From: Squalus acanthias
Taxonomy: Eukaryota
Reading direction: 5' to 3'
DNA length: 64,000 nucleotides
NCBI GenBank assembly: GCA_030390025.1
Contig: CM059449.1
Location: 25,792,001-25,856,000 of the forward strand
Both the position numbers and the translations under genes were made by a program. Positions 25,542-39,100 of the stretch are shown here, piece after piece (positions within the stretch are counted from its first letter, which is position 1; every line of letters starts with the position of its first letter). Below the pieces are notes generated by a model that was not told where the DNA came from, made no database searches, and saw only the letters and a list, made by a program, of their open reading frames with translations.

Positions 25542-25996
25542 GCCATCAGGAAGTCTTATTTTAAGGAAGGAGCTTTCGAGTAAACAACTACAACTGTGTA
25601 CAAGTATAGACAGTCGATTTGGGAATAGATACATCATGAAGTCTTATCTATAACACATATCTTTGATGTACAAAGAGCATGGTTTTCAACAGGTCTTCAG
25701 AGGGCACGAAAGATAGAACTTCAAGCCGGAAAGCCACTCTCTTTTGTCTGGTTAAACCGATCATTCATACCAGTCATTAATAAAGTCTGTTACATATTCT
25801 CGTCTCCCCTCTCCCACCCCTCCCCTCCACCCGCGTCTCGTCTCCCCCCCCGTCCCACGTCTCATCTCCCCTCTCTTGCCCCACCCCTCCCCGCCCTGTT
25901 GTCCGTCCCCCCTCCCCTCTTTCTCCCCCGTCTCCTGTCGAATCTCCCATCCCCTCGTCTCCCTCTCACAGTCCACAAAGTATTGAAAACACTTAC

Positions 25997-26302
25997 CAAT
26001 GATCTGCAAATCTATTCTTGTTATCTTTTGTGCATCTACAGTGATGGAATAAACTCCTTCATCGCTGGCTTTTAAATTGTTTACCCTCAGAGACCCATTG
26101 GATGTATTAAAATATAAACGAGATTTGAAATCTTCATTTGGTTTCACTTCATAGAGATTTGGTTTGTAATCCAAAATAGTAACAGCACTTTTGTTGCTTG
26201 CGGTGAACTCCCATAGTAATTCACTGTTGTTCAGATCAGCTCCATATTCAGGATACAATAAAACTGATAAACCAACCACACCAAACACTGCTTTCATTCC
26301 AT
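25997..26302 (-). CDS. IgV exon 2
   Basis: 306 nt, AG/GT intact, open; 17 nucleotide differences from exon 1. Confidence 0.82.
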
Positions 26303-26704
26303 CTGATAGACATAAAAAAAACAAATGTAATCATTTAAACTGTGGCAGTGAAACACTGAAATGCAGCAGCAAATGTGAAGAAAAATTGTATACATTGTGC
26401 CAGCAGATATGCTCGTGAGGATTTACAACACCAAAGTTCTGATCGGTCCCCTTGAAGGACAAGACACACCCAGCAGTTTATTTGGAATGAGAAGTTAGAA
26501 ACTGCCTGCCTGAGTAATCAAGTACTTTGCAATGTGTAACTGGAGCCATTCATTCTGTCTGTCAGGCTCCAGACACAGCTCACAGCACTGCTTTCAGAGA
26601 ACAGACAGAGCTCACACTCGCAAGTTAGGAGCTTCTCCCCGTCCCCCAGTTCCTGAGCGTCCCCCACACCCCGAACAAGTTCCTGATCTTTCCCCTTTCC
26701 AACA

Positions 26705-27235
26705 AGATCCTGACCTTCTCTTTTCCCACCCCGGGGCCCTTACCTTCATCTCCCCGACCAGCCCAGGGCCCTGCCCTTCTACTCCCTCACCCCAAAGCCC
26801 CGACCTTCTCCCCACTACCACACAAATCCAGGGCCTTGACCTTCTCTCCCATCCCCTGACCATCACCTTTCACCCCCCGCACCCTGCCCCAAAACCCAGG
26901 GCTCTGACCTTCGCTCTCGCCCGCCCATCCTCCCAGAGACCTGACGTTCTACCCCACCACCACACTGCACCCCAGGGCCCTGACTTTCTCACTTCCTCCC
27001 ACCACCCCACTCCACCTCAGGGCCCTGACTTTCTCACTTCCTCCCACCACCCCACTCCACCCCGGGGCCCTGACTTTCTCACTTCCTCCCACCACCCCAC
27101 TCCACCCCGGGACCCTGACTTTCACTCTTCTCCCCACCACCCCACTCCACACCAGGGCCCTGACTTTCTCACTTCTCCCCAACACCACAGGGCCCTGACT
27201 TTCTCTCTTCCTCCCACCACCCCGAGTTCCTGACC
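26705..27235. repeat. C-rich minisatellite, cassette 2
   Basis: 47-bp variants of GGGCCCTGACTTTCTCACTTCCTCCCACCACCCCACTCCACC. Confidence 0.75.
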
Positions 27236-27271
27236 ACCTTGCAACCCTTACCCCAGGAAAGTGGGATTAGG

Positions 27272-30200
27272 CTGCAAATGAGACTCCAGGATGGTATGTT
27301 GCCTCCCTGGTGCAAGGGTCAAGGATGTCTCGGAGCGGCTGCAGGGCATTCTGGAGGGGGAGGCTGAACAGCCAGTTGTTGTGGTGCATATAGGTAAAAA
27401 ACGGGATGAGGTCCTAAAAGCTGAATATAGGGAGTTAGGAGGTAAATAAAAAAATAGGACCTCAAAATAGTAATCTCAGGATTGATACCGGTGCCACGTG
27501 ATAGTCAGAATAGAAACAGTAGGATATTTCAGATGAATACGTGGCTAGAGGAATGGTGCAAGGGGGAGGGATTCAAATTCCTGGGACATTGGAACCGGTT
27601 CTGGGGGAGGTGGGACCAGTACAAACTTGACGGTTTGCACCTGGGCAGGACTGGGACCGATGTCCTCGGGGGAGTGTTTGCTAGTGCTGTTGGGGAGGGT
27701 TTAATGGCAGGGGGTTGGGAACCTGTGCAGGGAAACAGAGGAAAGGGAAGCAAGAATAGAAGCAAAAGACAGGAAGGAGAAAAGCAAAAGTGGAAGGCAG
27801 AGAAATCAAGGGTGTAAATCAAACAGGGCCACAGTAAATAATAATTCTAAAAGGACTGAAAGTGTTAAAAAAACAAGCCTGAAGGTTTTGTGTCTTAATG
27901 CGAAGAGCATTCGTAATAAGGTGGATGAATTAGCTGCGCAAATAGATGTAAATGGATATAATATAATTGGGATTACGGAGACATGGCTCCAGGGTGACCA
28001 AGGCTGGGAACTCAACATCCAGGAGTATTCAATATTCAGGAAGGACAGACAAAAAGGAAAAGGAGGTGGGGTAGCATTGCTGGTTAAAGAGGAGATTAAC
28101 ACAATAGTAAGGAAGGATATTAGCTCTGATGTGGAATCTGTATGGGTAGAGCTGAGAAATACCAAGGGGCAGAAAACGTTACTGGGAGTTGTATACAGAC
28201 CCCAAACAGTAAGGCTGAGGTTGGGGATGGCATTAAACGGGAAATTAGAGACGTGTGCAATAAGGCACAGCAGTTATCATGGGTGACTTTAATCTACATA
28301 TAGATTGGGCTAACCAAATTAGTAACAATACTGTGGAGGAGGAATTCCTAGAGTGTATACGGGATGGTTTCCTGGACCAATTTGTCGAGGAACCAACTAG
28401 AGATCAGGCCATCTTAGACTGGGTATTATGTAATGAGAAAGGATTAATTAGCAATCTTGTTGTGCGAGGCCCGTTGGGGAGGAGCGATCATAATATGATA
28501 GAATTCTTCATTAAGATGGAGAGTGAAGTAGTTGACTCAGAGACTAGGGTCCTGAATTTAAATAAAGGAAAGTACGATGGTATGAGGTGCGAGTTGGCTA
28601 GGATGGATTGGGAAGCGCAACTTAAAGGGTTGACGGTGGATAGGCAATGGCAAACATTTAAAGATCGCATAGATGAACACAGAATTTGTTCATCCCTGTT
28701 TGGCATAAAAATAAAACAAAAAAGGTGACTCAACCATGGCTAACAAGGGAAATTAGGGATAGCATAAGATCCAAGGAGAGGACATATCAATTGGCCAGAA
28801 AAAGCTGCAAACCTGAGGATTTGGAGCAGTTTAGGATTCAGCAAAGTAGGAGAAAGGGATTAATTAAGAGGGGGAAAAAAGAATATGAGAGTAAGCTTGC
28901 AGGGAACATAAAAACTGACTGTAAAAGCTTCTATAGATAAGTGAAGAGAAAAAGATTGGTGAAGTCAAGCGTAGGTCCCCTGCAGCCAGAATCAGGGGAA
29001 TTTATAATGGGGAACAAAGAAATGGCTGACCAATTAAATACATACTTTGGTTCTGTCTTCACAAAGGAGGTACAAATAAACTCCCAGAGATGTCGGGGAA
29101 CATAGGGTCTAATGAGAGGGAGGAATTGAATGAAATCAGTATTTGTAGGGAAATGGTGTTAGGGAAATTGACGGGATTGAAGGCCGATAAATCCCCAGGG
29201 CCTGATAATCTACATCCTAGGGTACTTAAGGAAGTGGCCCTAGAAATAGTAGATGCATTGCTGGTCATCTTTCAAAATTCTATAGATTCTGGAACAGTTC
29301 CCATGGATTGGAGGGTAGCTAATGTAACCCCACTATTTAAAAAAGGTGGCAGAAAAAAAACGGGGAATTATAGATTGGTAAGCCTGACATCGGTAGTGGG
29401 GAAAATGCTAGAGTCCATTATAAAAGATGTAACAGCAGAGCACTTGGAAAACAGTGACAGGATCGGACAAAGTCAACATGGATTTACAAAAAGTAAATCA
29501 TGCCCGACTAATCTACTGGAATTCTTTGAGGATGCAACTGGTAGAATAGATAAGGGAGAACCAGTGGATGTGGTGTATTTGGACTTTCAGAAGGCTTTCA
29601 ATAAGGTCCCGCATAAGAGATTAGCGTGCAAAGTTAAAGCACATGGGATTGGGGGTAAGGTACTGATTTGGATAGAGAACTGGTTGGCAGACAGGAAGCA
29701 AAGAGTTGGAATAAACGGGTCTTTTTCCGAGTGGCAGGCAGTGACTAGTGGGGTACCGCAGGGATCGGTGCTAGGACCCCAGCTATTCACAATATATATT
29801 AATGATCCAGACGAGGGAACTAGATGTAATATCTCCAAATTTGCAGACGACACAAAGCTGGGTGGGCGTGTGTGCTGTGAGGAGGATGCAGAGAAACTCC
29901 AGTATGATTTGGACAGGTTGGGTGATTGGGCAGATGCATGGCAGATGCAGTATAATGTGGATAAATGCGAGGTTAGCCACTTTGGTGGCAAAAACAGGAA
30001 GACAGATTATTATCTGAACGGCAATAGATTGGGAAAAGGGGAAGTGCAACGAGATCTGGGAGTCCTTGTGCACCAGTCGCTGAAGGTAAGCATGCAGGTG
30101 CAGCAGGCGGTTCAGAAGGCAAATGGTATGTTGGCCTTCATAGCGAGAGGATTCGAGTACAGGAGCAAGGATGTCTTGCTGCAGTTGTACAAGGCCTTGG

Positions 30201-30759
30201 TGAGACCACACCTTGAGTATTGTGTGTAGTTTTGGTCGCCTTATCTGAAGAAGGATGTTCTTGCCATGGAGGGAGTGCAGCGAAGATTTACCAGACTGAT
30301 ACCTGGGATGGCAGGAATGACGTATGAAGAGAGATTGGGTCGATTAGGCTCATATTCGCTAGAGTTTAGAAGAATCAGAGGGGATCTCATTGAAACTTAT
30401 AAAATTCTAACAGGACTAGACAGACTAGATGCAGGAAGGATGTTCCCGATGGCAGGGAGTCCAGAACCAGAGGTCACAGTCTAAGGATAAGGGGTAAGCC
30501 ATTTGGGACTGAGATGAGGAGGAATTTCTTCACCCAGAGAGTGGTGAACCTGTGGAATTCTCTACCACAGAAGGCGGTTGAGGCCAATTCATTAAATATA
30601 TTCAAGAAGGAGATAGATATATTTCTTAAGGCTAAAGGGATCAAAGGATATGGGGAGAAAGCAGGGACAGGGTACTGAATTTGGATGATCAGCCATTATC
30701 TCATTAAATGGCAGAGCAGGCTCGAGGGGCCGAATGACCTACTCCTGCTCCCATCTTCC
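27272..30759 (+). mobile_element. CR1 LINE, duplicated copy in cassette 2
   Basis: Same 5' and 3' junctions as 21083-24585. Confidence 0.92.
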
Positions 30760-31013
30760 ATAGCTCCTCGTCGGCCGGCACGGGCACGATTGGCCCTAAT
30801 TTTCGACGATTCCATGCTGCTCCTGGAGGATGTGATCAAACCCGGGCCTTCACCAGGACAGGAGCTGCGCCCTGCAGTCACTGGGGTACATTCCTGGCCG
30901 CTTAAGGAGGCTTAACACGCCATTTTGGGCCCCACCCTTCCCGGCCGTGGTCACAGGGCCCGCGGCGCAGCCATTCTCCGTTTATAATCCCATTCCCCAC
31001 TTTAATTCCTCAC

Positions 31014-31081
31014 CTTCCGAGATCGCAAGCCCGGAGCAGCAGGAGGACGAGCAGCACCCACAGGGGGAACTGGTGCTCCAT
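31014..31081 (-). pseudogene. Signal-peptide exon 2 with +1 frameshift (MEHQFPLWVLLVLLLLRACDLG)
   Basis: 68 nt instead of 67 (plus strand CTTCCGAGATC vs CTTCGAGATC); phase 2, out of frame with the IgV exon. Confidence 0.72.
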
Positions 31082-31187
31082 CCGAAAGACAAACTAATCC
31101 GCGGTCACCACAGGCTCTCAGGACAAGGAAACCGGCATTGTGATGCGGAGCTTCTCCCGGCCGCGTCTTTCATGGAGACCAGGTGTT

Positions 31188-31807
31188 GCTGAGTCTGACT
31201 GAGCTCACCTGGGCACAGGGGGCGGGGATTAGTCTGACTGAGCTCACAGGGGCCGGGCTTAGTCTGATTGAGCGCACCTGGACACAGGGGGCGAGGCTTA
31301 GTCTGACTGAGCTCACCTGGACACAGGGGGCGGAGCTTAGTCTAACTGAGCTCACCTGGACACGGGGGTGGGGCTTCGTCTGCCTGAGCTCACCTGGACA
31401 CAGGGGGCGGGGCTTAGTCTAACTGAGCTCACCTGGACACGGGGGTGGGGCTTAGTCTAACTGAGCTCACCTGGACATGGGGGGCGGGGCTTAGTCTGAC
31501 TGAGCGCCCCTGGGCATAGGGGGCGGGGCTTAGTCTGACTGAGCTCACCTGCACATGGGGGGTGGGTTAGTCTGACTGAGCTCACCTGTACATGGGGGGT
31601 GGGGCTCAGACTGCCTGAGCTCACAGGGGGCGGTGCTTATTCTGACTGAGCTCACCTGGACACAGGGGGCGGGGCTTAGTCTGACTGAGCTCACCTGGAC
31701 ACAGGGGGCGGGGCTTAGTCTGACTGAGCTCACTTGGACACGGGGCTTCGTCTGACTGAGCTCCCCTGGGCACAGGGGGCAGGGCTTAGTCTGACTGAGC
31801 TCACTTG
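31188..31807. repeat. 39-bp GC-box array, cassette 2
   Basis: Same unit as 25010-25541, more degenerate. Confidence 0.85.
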
Positions 31808-32313
31808 GCCATCAGGAAGTCTTATTTAAAGGAAGGAGCTTTCGCGTAAACAACTGCAACTGTGTACAAGTATAGACAGTCTTCAAAAGATTTGGGAATA
31901 GATAAATCGGGGGCGGGGCTTGAAGTCTTATCTATAACACATATCTTTGATGTACAAAAGAGCATGGTTTTCAACAGGTCTTCAGAGGGCACGAAAGATA
32001 GAACTTCAAGCCGGAAAGCCACTCTCTTTTGTCTGGTTGAACTGATCATTCATACCAGTCATTAATAAACTCTGTTCCATATTCTCATCTCCCCTCCCTT
32101 CCCATCTCCACTCCCCTGCCTCTCTCCCCTCCCCCCGCGTCTCGTCAGCCCCCGCCCCTCATCTCCCTTCTTCTCCCTCACCCCTCGTCTCCAACCCGCC
32201 CCGCATCTCTTCCCCCGCGCCTCCCCTCTTTCTTCCCCGCCCCCTCGTCTCCTGTCGTCCCTCCCATCCCCTCGTCTCCCTCTCAAAGTCTACAAAGTAT
32301 TGAAAACACTTAC

Positions 32314-32619
32314 CAATGATCTGCAAATCTATTCTTGTTATCTTTTGTGCATCTATAGTGATGGAATAAACTCCTTCATCGCTGGCTTTCAAATTGTTTA
32401 CCCTCAGAGACCAATTGGATGTATTAAAATATAAACGAGATTTGAAATCTTCATTTGGTTTCACTTCATAGAGATTTGGTTTGTAATCCAAAATAGTAAC
32501 AGCACTTTTGTTGCTTGCGGTGAACTCCCATAGTACTTCACTGTTGCTCAGATCAGCTCCATATTCAGGATCCAGTAAAACTGATGAACCAACCACACCA
32601 AACACTACTTTCATTCCAT
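32314..32619 (-). CDS. IgV exon 3
   Basis: 306 nt, AG/GT intact, open; NGSL changed to NWSL. Confidence 0.82.
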
Positions 32620-33019
32620 CTGATAGACATAAAAAAATCAAATGTAATCATTTAAACTGTGGCAGTGAAACACTGAAATGCAGCAGCAAATGTGAAGAAA
32701 AATTGTATACATTGTGCCAGCAGATATGCTCGTGAGTATTTACAACACCAAAGTTCTGATCGGACCCCTTGAAGGACAAGACACACCCAGCAGTTTGTTT
32801 GGAATGAGAAGTTAGAAACTGCCTGCCTGAGTAATCAAGTACTTTGCAATGTGTAACTGGAGCCATTCATTCTGTCTGTCAGGCTGCAGACACAGCTCAC
32901 AGCACTGCTTTCAGAGAACAGACAGAGCCCACACTCGCAAGTTAGGAGCTTCTCCCCGTCCCCCAGTTCCTGAGCGTCCCCCACACCCCGAACAAGTTCC
33001 TGATCTTTCCCCTTTCCAA

Positions 33020-36000
33020 CAAGATCCTGACCTTCTCTTTTCCCACCCCGGGGCCCTTACCTTCATCTCCCCCACCAGCCCAGGGCCCTGCCCTTCTACT
33101 CCCTCACCCCAAAGGCCCCGACCTTCTCCCCCCTACCACACAAATCCAGGGCCTTGACCTTCTCTCCCATCCCCTGACCATCACCTTTCACCACCCCCCA
33201 CCCGCTCCAAAACCCAGGGCTCTGACCTTCGCTCTCGCCCGTCCATCCTCCCAGAGACCTGACCTTCTACCCCACCACCCCACTCCACCCCGGGGCCCTG
33301 ACTTTCTCTCTTCTCCCCACTCCACCCCAGGGCCCTGACTTTCTCTCTTCACCCCAGCACCCCACTCCACCCCAGGGCCCTGACTTTCTCTCTTCACCCC
33401 AGCACCCCACTCCACCCCAGGGCCCTGACTTTCTCTCTTCACCCCAGCACCCCACTCCACCCCGGGGCCCTGACTTTCTCTCTTCTCCCCACTCCACCCC
33501 AGGGCCCTGACTTTCTCTCTTCACCCCAGCACCCCACTCCACCCCAGGGCCCTGACTTTCTCTCTTCACCCCAGCACCCCACTCCACCCCGGGGCCCTGA
33601 CTTTCTCTCTTCTCCCCACCACCCCAGGGCCCTGACTTTCTCTCTTCTCCCCACTCCACCCCAGGGCCCTGATTTTCTCTCTTCTCCCCACCACCCCACT
33701 CCACCCCGGGGCCCTGACTTTCTCTCTTCCCCATCCCGGGGCCCTGACTTTCTCTCTTCCTCCCACCACCCCACTCCACCCCAGGGCCCTGACTTTCTCT
33801 CTTCCCCACCCCAGGGCCCTGACTTTCTCTCTTCCTCCCACCACCCCACTCCACCCCAGGGCCCTGACTTTCTCTCTTCCCCACCCCAGGGCCCTTACTT
33901 TCTCTCTTCTCCCCACCACCCCAGGGCCCTGACTTTCTCTCTTCTCCCCACCACCCCAGGGCCCTGACTTTCTCTCTTCCTCCCACCACCCCACTCCACC
34001 CCAGGGCCCTGACTTTCTCTCTTCCTCCCACCACCCCACTCCACCCCGGGGCCCTGACTTTCTCTCTTCCCCATCCCGGGGCCCTGACTTTCTCACTTCC
34101 TCCCACCACCCCACTCCACCCCAGGGCCCTGACTTTCTCTCTTCTCCCCACCACCCCAGGGCCCTGACTTTCTCTCTTCCCCACCCCAGGGCCCTGACTT
34201 TCTCTCTTCCTCCCACCACCCCGGGGCCCTGACTTTCTCTTTTCTCCCCACTCCACCCCAGGGCCCTGACTTTCTCTCTTCTCCCCACTCCACCCCGGGG
34301 CCCTGACTTTCTCACTTCTCCCCAGCACCCCGGGGCCCTGACTTTCTCACTTCTCCCCAGCACCCCACTCCACCCCGGGGCCCTGACTTTCTCACTTCCT
34401 CCCACCACCCCACTCCACCCCAGGGCCCTGACTTTCTCACTTCTCCCCAGCACCCCACTCCACCCCAGGGCCCTGACTTTCTCACTTCCTCCCACCACCC
34501 CACTCCACCCCAGGGCCCTGACTTTCTCACTTCTCCCCAGCACCCCAGGGCCCTGACTTTCTCACTTCTCCCAGCACCCCACTCCACCCCGGGGCCCTGA
34601 CTTTCTCACTTCCTCCCACCACCCCACTCCACCCCAGGGCCCTGACTTTCTCACTTCCTCCCACCACCCCACTCCACCCCAGGGCCCTGACTTTCTCACT
34701 TCTCCCCACCACCCCGGGGCCCTGACTTTCTCTTTTCTCCCCACTCCACCCCAGGGCCCTGACTTTCTCACTTCTCCCCACTCCACCCCAGGGCCCTGAC
34801 TTTCTCACTTCTCCCCACTCCACCCCGGGGCCCTGACTTTCTCACTTCTCCCCACTCCACCCCAGGGCCCTGACTTTCTCACTTCTCCCCACTCCACCCC
34901 GGGGCCCTGACTTTCTCACTTCTCCCCACTCCACCCCAGGGCCCTGACTTTCTCACTTCTCCCCAGCACCCCACTCCACCCCGGGGCCCTGACTTTCTCA
35001 CTTCTCCCCACCACCCCACTCCACCCCAGGGCCCTGACTTTCTCACTTCTCCCCACCACCCCGGGGCCCTGACTTTCTCTTTTCTCCCCACTCCACCCCA
35101 GGGCCCTGACTTTCTCACTTCTCCCCACTCCACCCCAGGGCCCTGACTTTCTCACTTCTCCCCACTCCACCCCGGGGCCCTGACTTTCTCACTTCTCCCC
35201 ACCACCCCACTCCACCCCAGGGCCCTGACTTTCTCACTTCTCCCCACTCCACCCCGGGGCCCTGACTTTCTCACTTCTCCCCACTCCACCCCAGGGCCCT
35301 GACTTTCTCACTTCTCCCCACCACCCACTCCACCCCAGGGCCCTGACTTTCTCACTTCTCCCCACTCCACCCCGGGGCCCTGACTTTCTCACTTCTCCCC
35401 ACTCCACCCCAGGGCCCTGACTTTCTCACTTCTCCCCACTCCACCCCGGGGCCCTGACTTTCTCACTTCTCCCCACTCCACCCCAGGGCCCTGACTTTCT
35501 CACTTCTCCCCAGCACCCCACTCCACCCCGGGGCCCTGACTTTCTCACTTCTCCCCACCACCCCACTCCACCCCAGGGCCCTGACTTTCTCACTTCTCCC
35601 CACTCCACCCCGGGGCCCTGACTTTCTCACTTCTCCCCACTCCACCCCAGGGCCCTGACTTTCTCACTTCTCCCCACTCCACCCCAGGGCCCTGACTTTC
35701 TCACTTCTCCCCACTCCACCCCGGGGCCCTGACTTTCTCACTTCTCCCCACTCCACCCCGGGGCCCTGACTTTCTCTCTTCTTCCCACCAAATCCCAGGG
35801 TCCTGACCTTCTCTCTGAACCCCTACTGGGGCCCTGACCTTCTCTCTTACACCCCCTCCCCACGGGGCCCTAACTTTCTCCCTCCTTCACACCACCCCAC
35901 TAAACCCCGGGGTCCTGACCATCTCTCTCTCCTCCCCCCCCACCCCCAAGTCCAGTCTTTCTACCCCACCACCCCGGTGGGGTCCAGACCCTGTCCCCCA

Positions 36001-36155
36001 CCCCAGAGCCCTGAGCTTCTAACCTCACTACCCTATGGTCCTGACCTCTACCACCACCCCAGGGCCCTGACATTCTCTCTAATCCCCACCACCCCACTCC
36101 ACCCCAGGACCGTAACTTTCTCTCTTCCTCCCACCACCCCGAGTTCCTGACCACC
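33020..36155. repeat. Expanded C-rich minisatellite (37-bp core, 30-47-bp variants), cassette 3
   Basis: Dozens of GGGCCCTGACTTTCTCACTTCTCCCCACTCCACCCC(A/G) units, mainly 33270-35780. Confidence 0.92.
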
Positions 36156-36188
36156 TTGCAACCCTTACCCCAGGAAAGTGGGATTAGG

Positions 36189-39100
36189 CTGCAAATGAGA
36201 CTCCAGGATGGTATGTTGCCTCCCTGGTGCAAGGGTCAAGGATGTCTCGGAGCGGCTGCAGGGCATTCTGGAGGGGGAGGCTGAACAGCCAGTTGTTGTG
36301 GTGCATATAGGTAAAAAACGGGATGAGGTCCTAAAAGCTGAATATAGGGAGTTAGGAGGTAAATTAAAAAATAGGACCTCAAAGGTAGTAATCTCAGGAT
36401 TGATACCGGTGCCACGTGATAGTCAGAATAGAAACAGTAGGATATTTCAGATGAATACGTGGCTAGAGGAATGGTGCAAGGGGGAGGGATTCAAATTCCT
36501 GGGACATTGGAACCGGTTCTGGGGGAGGTGGGACCAGTACAAACTTGACGGTTTGCACCTGGGCAGGACTGGGACCGATGTCCTCGGGGGAGTGTTTGCT
36601 AGTGCTGTTGGGGAGGGTTTAAACTAAAATGGCAGGGGGTTGGGAACCTGTGCAGGGAAACAGAGGAAAGGGAAGCAAGAATAGAAGCAAAAGACAGGAA
36701 GGAGAAAAGCAAAAGTGGAAGGCAGAGAAATCAAGGGTGTAAATCAAACAGGGCCACAGTAAATAATAATTCTAAAAGGACTAAAAGTGTTAAAAAAAAC
36801 AAGCCTGAAGGTTTTGTGTCTTAATGCGAAGAGCATTCGTAATAAGGTGGATGAATTAGCTGCGCAAATAGATGTAAACAGATATAATATAATTGAGATT
36901 ACGGAGACATGGCTCCAGGGTGACCAAGGCTGGGAACTCAACATCCAGGGGTATTCAATATTCAGGAAGGACAGGCAAAAAGGAAAAGGAGGTGAGGTAG
37001 CATTGCTGGTTAAAGAGGAGATTAACATAATAGTAAGGAAGGATATTAGCTCTGATGATGTGAAATCTGTATGGGTAGAGCTGAGAAATACCAAGGGCCA
37101 GAAAACATTAGTGGGAGTTGTATACAGACCCCCAAACAGTAATGCTGAGGTTGGGGATGGCATTAAATGGAAAATTAGAGACGCGTGCAATAAGGGCATA
37201 GCAGTTATCATGGGTGACTTTAATCTACATATAGATTGGGCTAACCAAATTAGTAACAATACTGTGGAGGAGGAATTCCTAGAGTGTATACGGGATGGTT
37301 TCCTGGACCAATATGTCGAGGAACCAACGAGAGATCAGGCCATCTTAGACTGGGTATTATGTAATGAGAAAGGATTAATTAGCAATCTTGTTGTGCAAGG
37401 CCCCTTGGGGAGGAGCGATCATAATATGATAGAATTCTTCATTAAGATGGAGAGTGAAGTAGTTGACTCAGAGACTAGGGTCCTGAATTTAAATAAAGGA
37501 AACTACGATGGTATGAGGCGCGAGTTGGCTAGGATGGATTGGGAAGCGCTACTTAAAGGGTTGACGGTGGATAGGCAATGGCAAACATTTAAAGATCGCA
37601 TAGATGAACTACAGAATTTGTTCATCCCTGTTTGGCATAAAAATAAAACAAAAAAGGTGACTCAACCGTGGCTAACAAGGGAAATTAGGGATAGCATAAG
37701 ATCCAAGGAGAGGACATATCAATTGGCCAGAAAAAGCAGCAAACCTGAGGATTTGGAGCAGTTTAGGATTCAGCAAAGGAGGACAAAGGGATTAATTGAG
37801 AGGGGGAGAAAAGAATATGAGAGTAAGCTTGCAGGGAACATAAAAACTGACTGTAAAAGCTTCTATAGATAAGTGAAGAGAAAAAGATTGGTGAAGTCAA
37901 GCGTAGGTCCCCAGCAGTCAGAATCAGGGGAATTTATAATGGGGAACAAAGAAAAGGCAGACCAATTAAATACATACTTTGGTTCTGTCTTCACAAAGGA
38001 GGTACAAATAAACTCCCAGAGATGTCGGGGAACATAGGGTCTAATGAGGGGGAGGAATTGAATGAAATCAGTATTTGTAGGGAAATGGTGTTAGGGAAAT
38101 TGACGGGATTGAAGGCCGATAAATCCCCAGGGCCTGATAATCTACATCCTAGGGTACTTAAGGAAGTGGCCCTAGAAATAGTAGATGCATTGCTGGTCAT
38201 CTTTCAAAATTCTATAGATTGTGGAACAGTTCCCATGGATTGGAGGGTAGCTAATGTAACCCCACTATTTAAAAAAGGTGGTAGAGAAAAAACGGGGAAT
38301 TATAGACTAGTAAGCCTGACATCGGTAGTGGGCAAAAAGCTAGAGTCCATTATAAAAGATGTAATAGCAGAGCACTTGGAAAACAGTGACAGGATCAGAC
38401 AAAGTCAACATGGATTTACAAAAAGTAAATCATGCCTGACTAATCTACTGGAATTTTTTGAGGATTTAACTGGTAGAATAGATAAGGGAGAACCAGTGGA
38501 TGTGGTGTATTTGGACTTTCAGAAGGCTTTCAATAAGGTCCCGCATAAGAGATTAGCGTGCAAAGTTAAAGCACATGGGATTGGGGGTAAGGTACTGATT
38601 TGGATAGAGAACTGGTTGGCAGACAGGAAGCAAAGAGTTGGAATAAACGGGTCTTTTTCCGAGTGGCAGGCAGTGACTAGTGGGGTACCGCAGGGATCGG
38701 TGCTAGGACCCCAGCTATTCACAATATATATTAATGATCTAGACGAGGGAACTAGATGTAATATCTCCAAATTTGCAGACGACACAAAGCTGGGTGGGCG
38801 TGTGTGCTGTGAGGAGGATGCAGAGAAACTCCAGTATGATTTGGACAGGTTGGGTGATTGGGCAGATGCATGGCAGATGCAGTATAATGTGGATAAATGC
38901 GAGGTTAGCCACTTTGGTGGCAAAAACAGGAAGACAGATTATTATCTGAACGGCAATAGATTGGGAAAAGGGGAAGTGCAACGAGATCTGGGAGTCCTTG
39001 TGCGCCAGTCGCTGAAGGTAAGCATGCAGGTGCAGCAGGCGGTTAAGAAGGCAAATGGTATGTTGGCCTTCATAGCGAGAGGATTCGAGTACAGGAGCAA

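Noticed and set aside
25030-25637. 13-aa repeat ORFs (QVSSVRLSPAPCA), also near 31170, 40000-41400 and 45724
   Set aside because: Translation of the 39-bp VNTR; frequent frame-breaking units
33188-35645. Long Gly/Trp/Arg-rich ORFs of up to 353 aa
   Set aside because: Stop-free translations of a minisatellite
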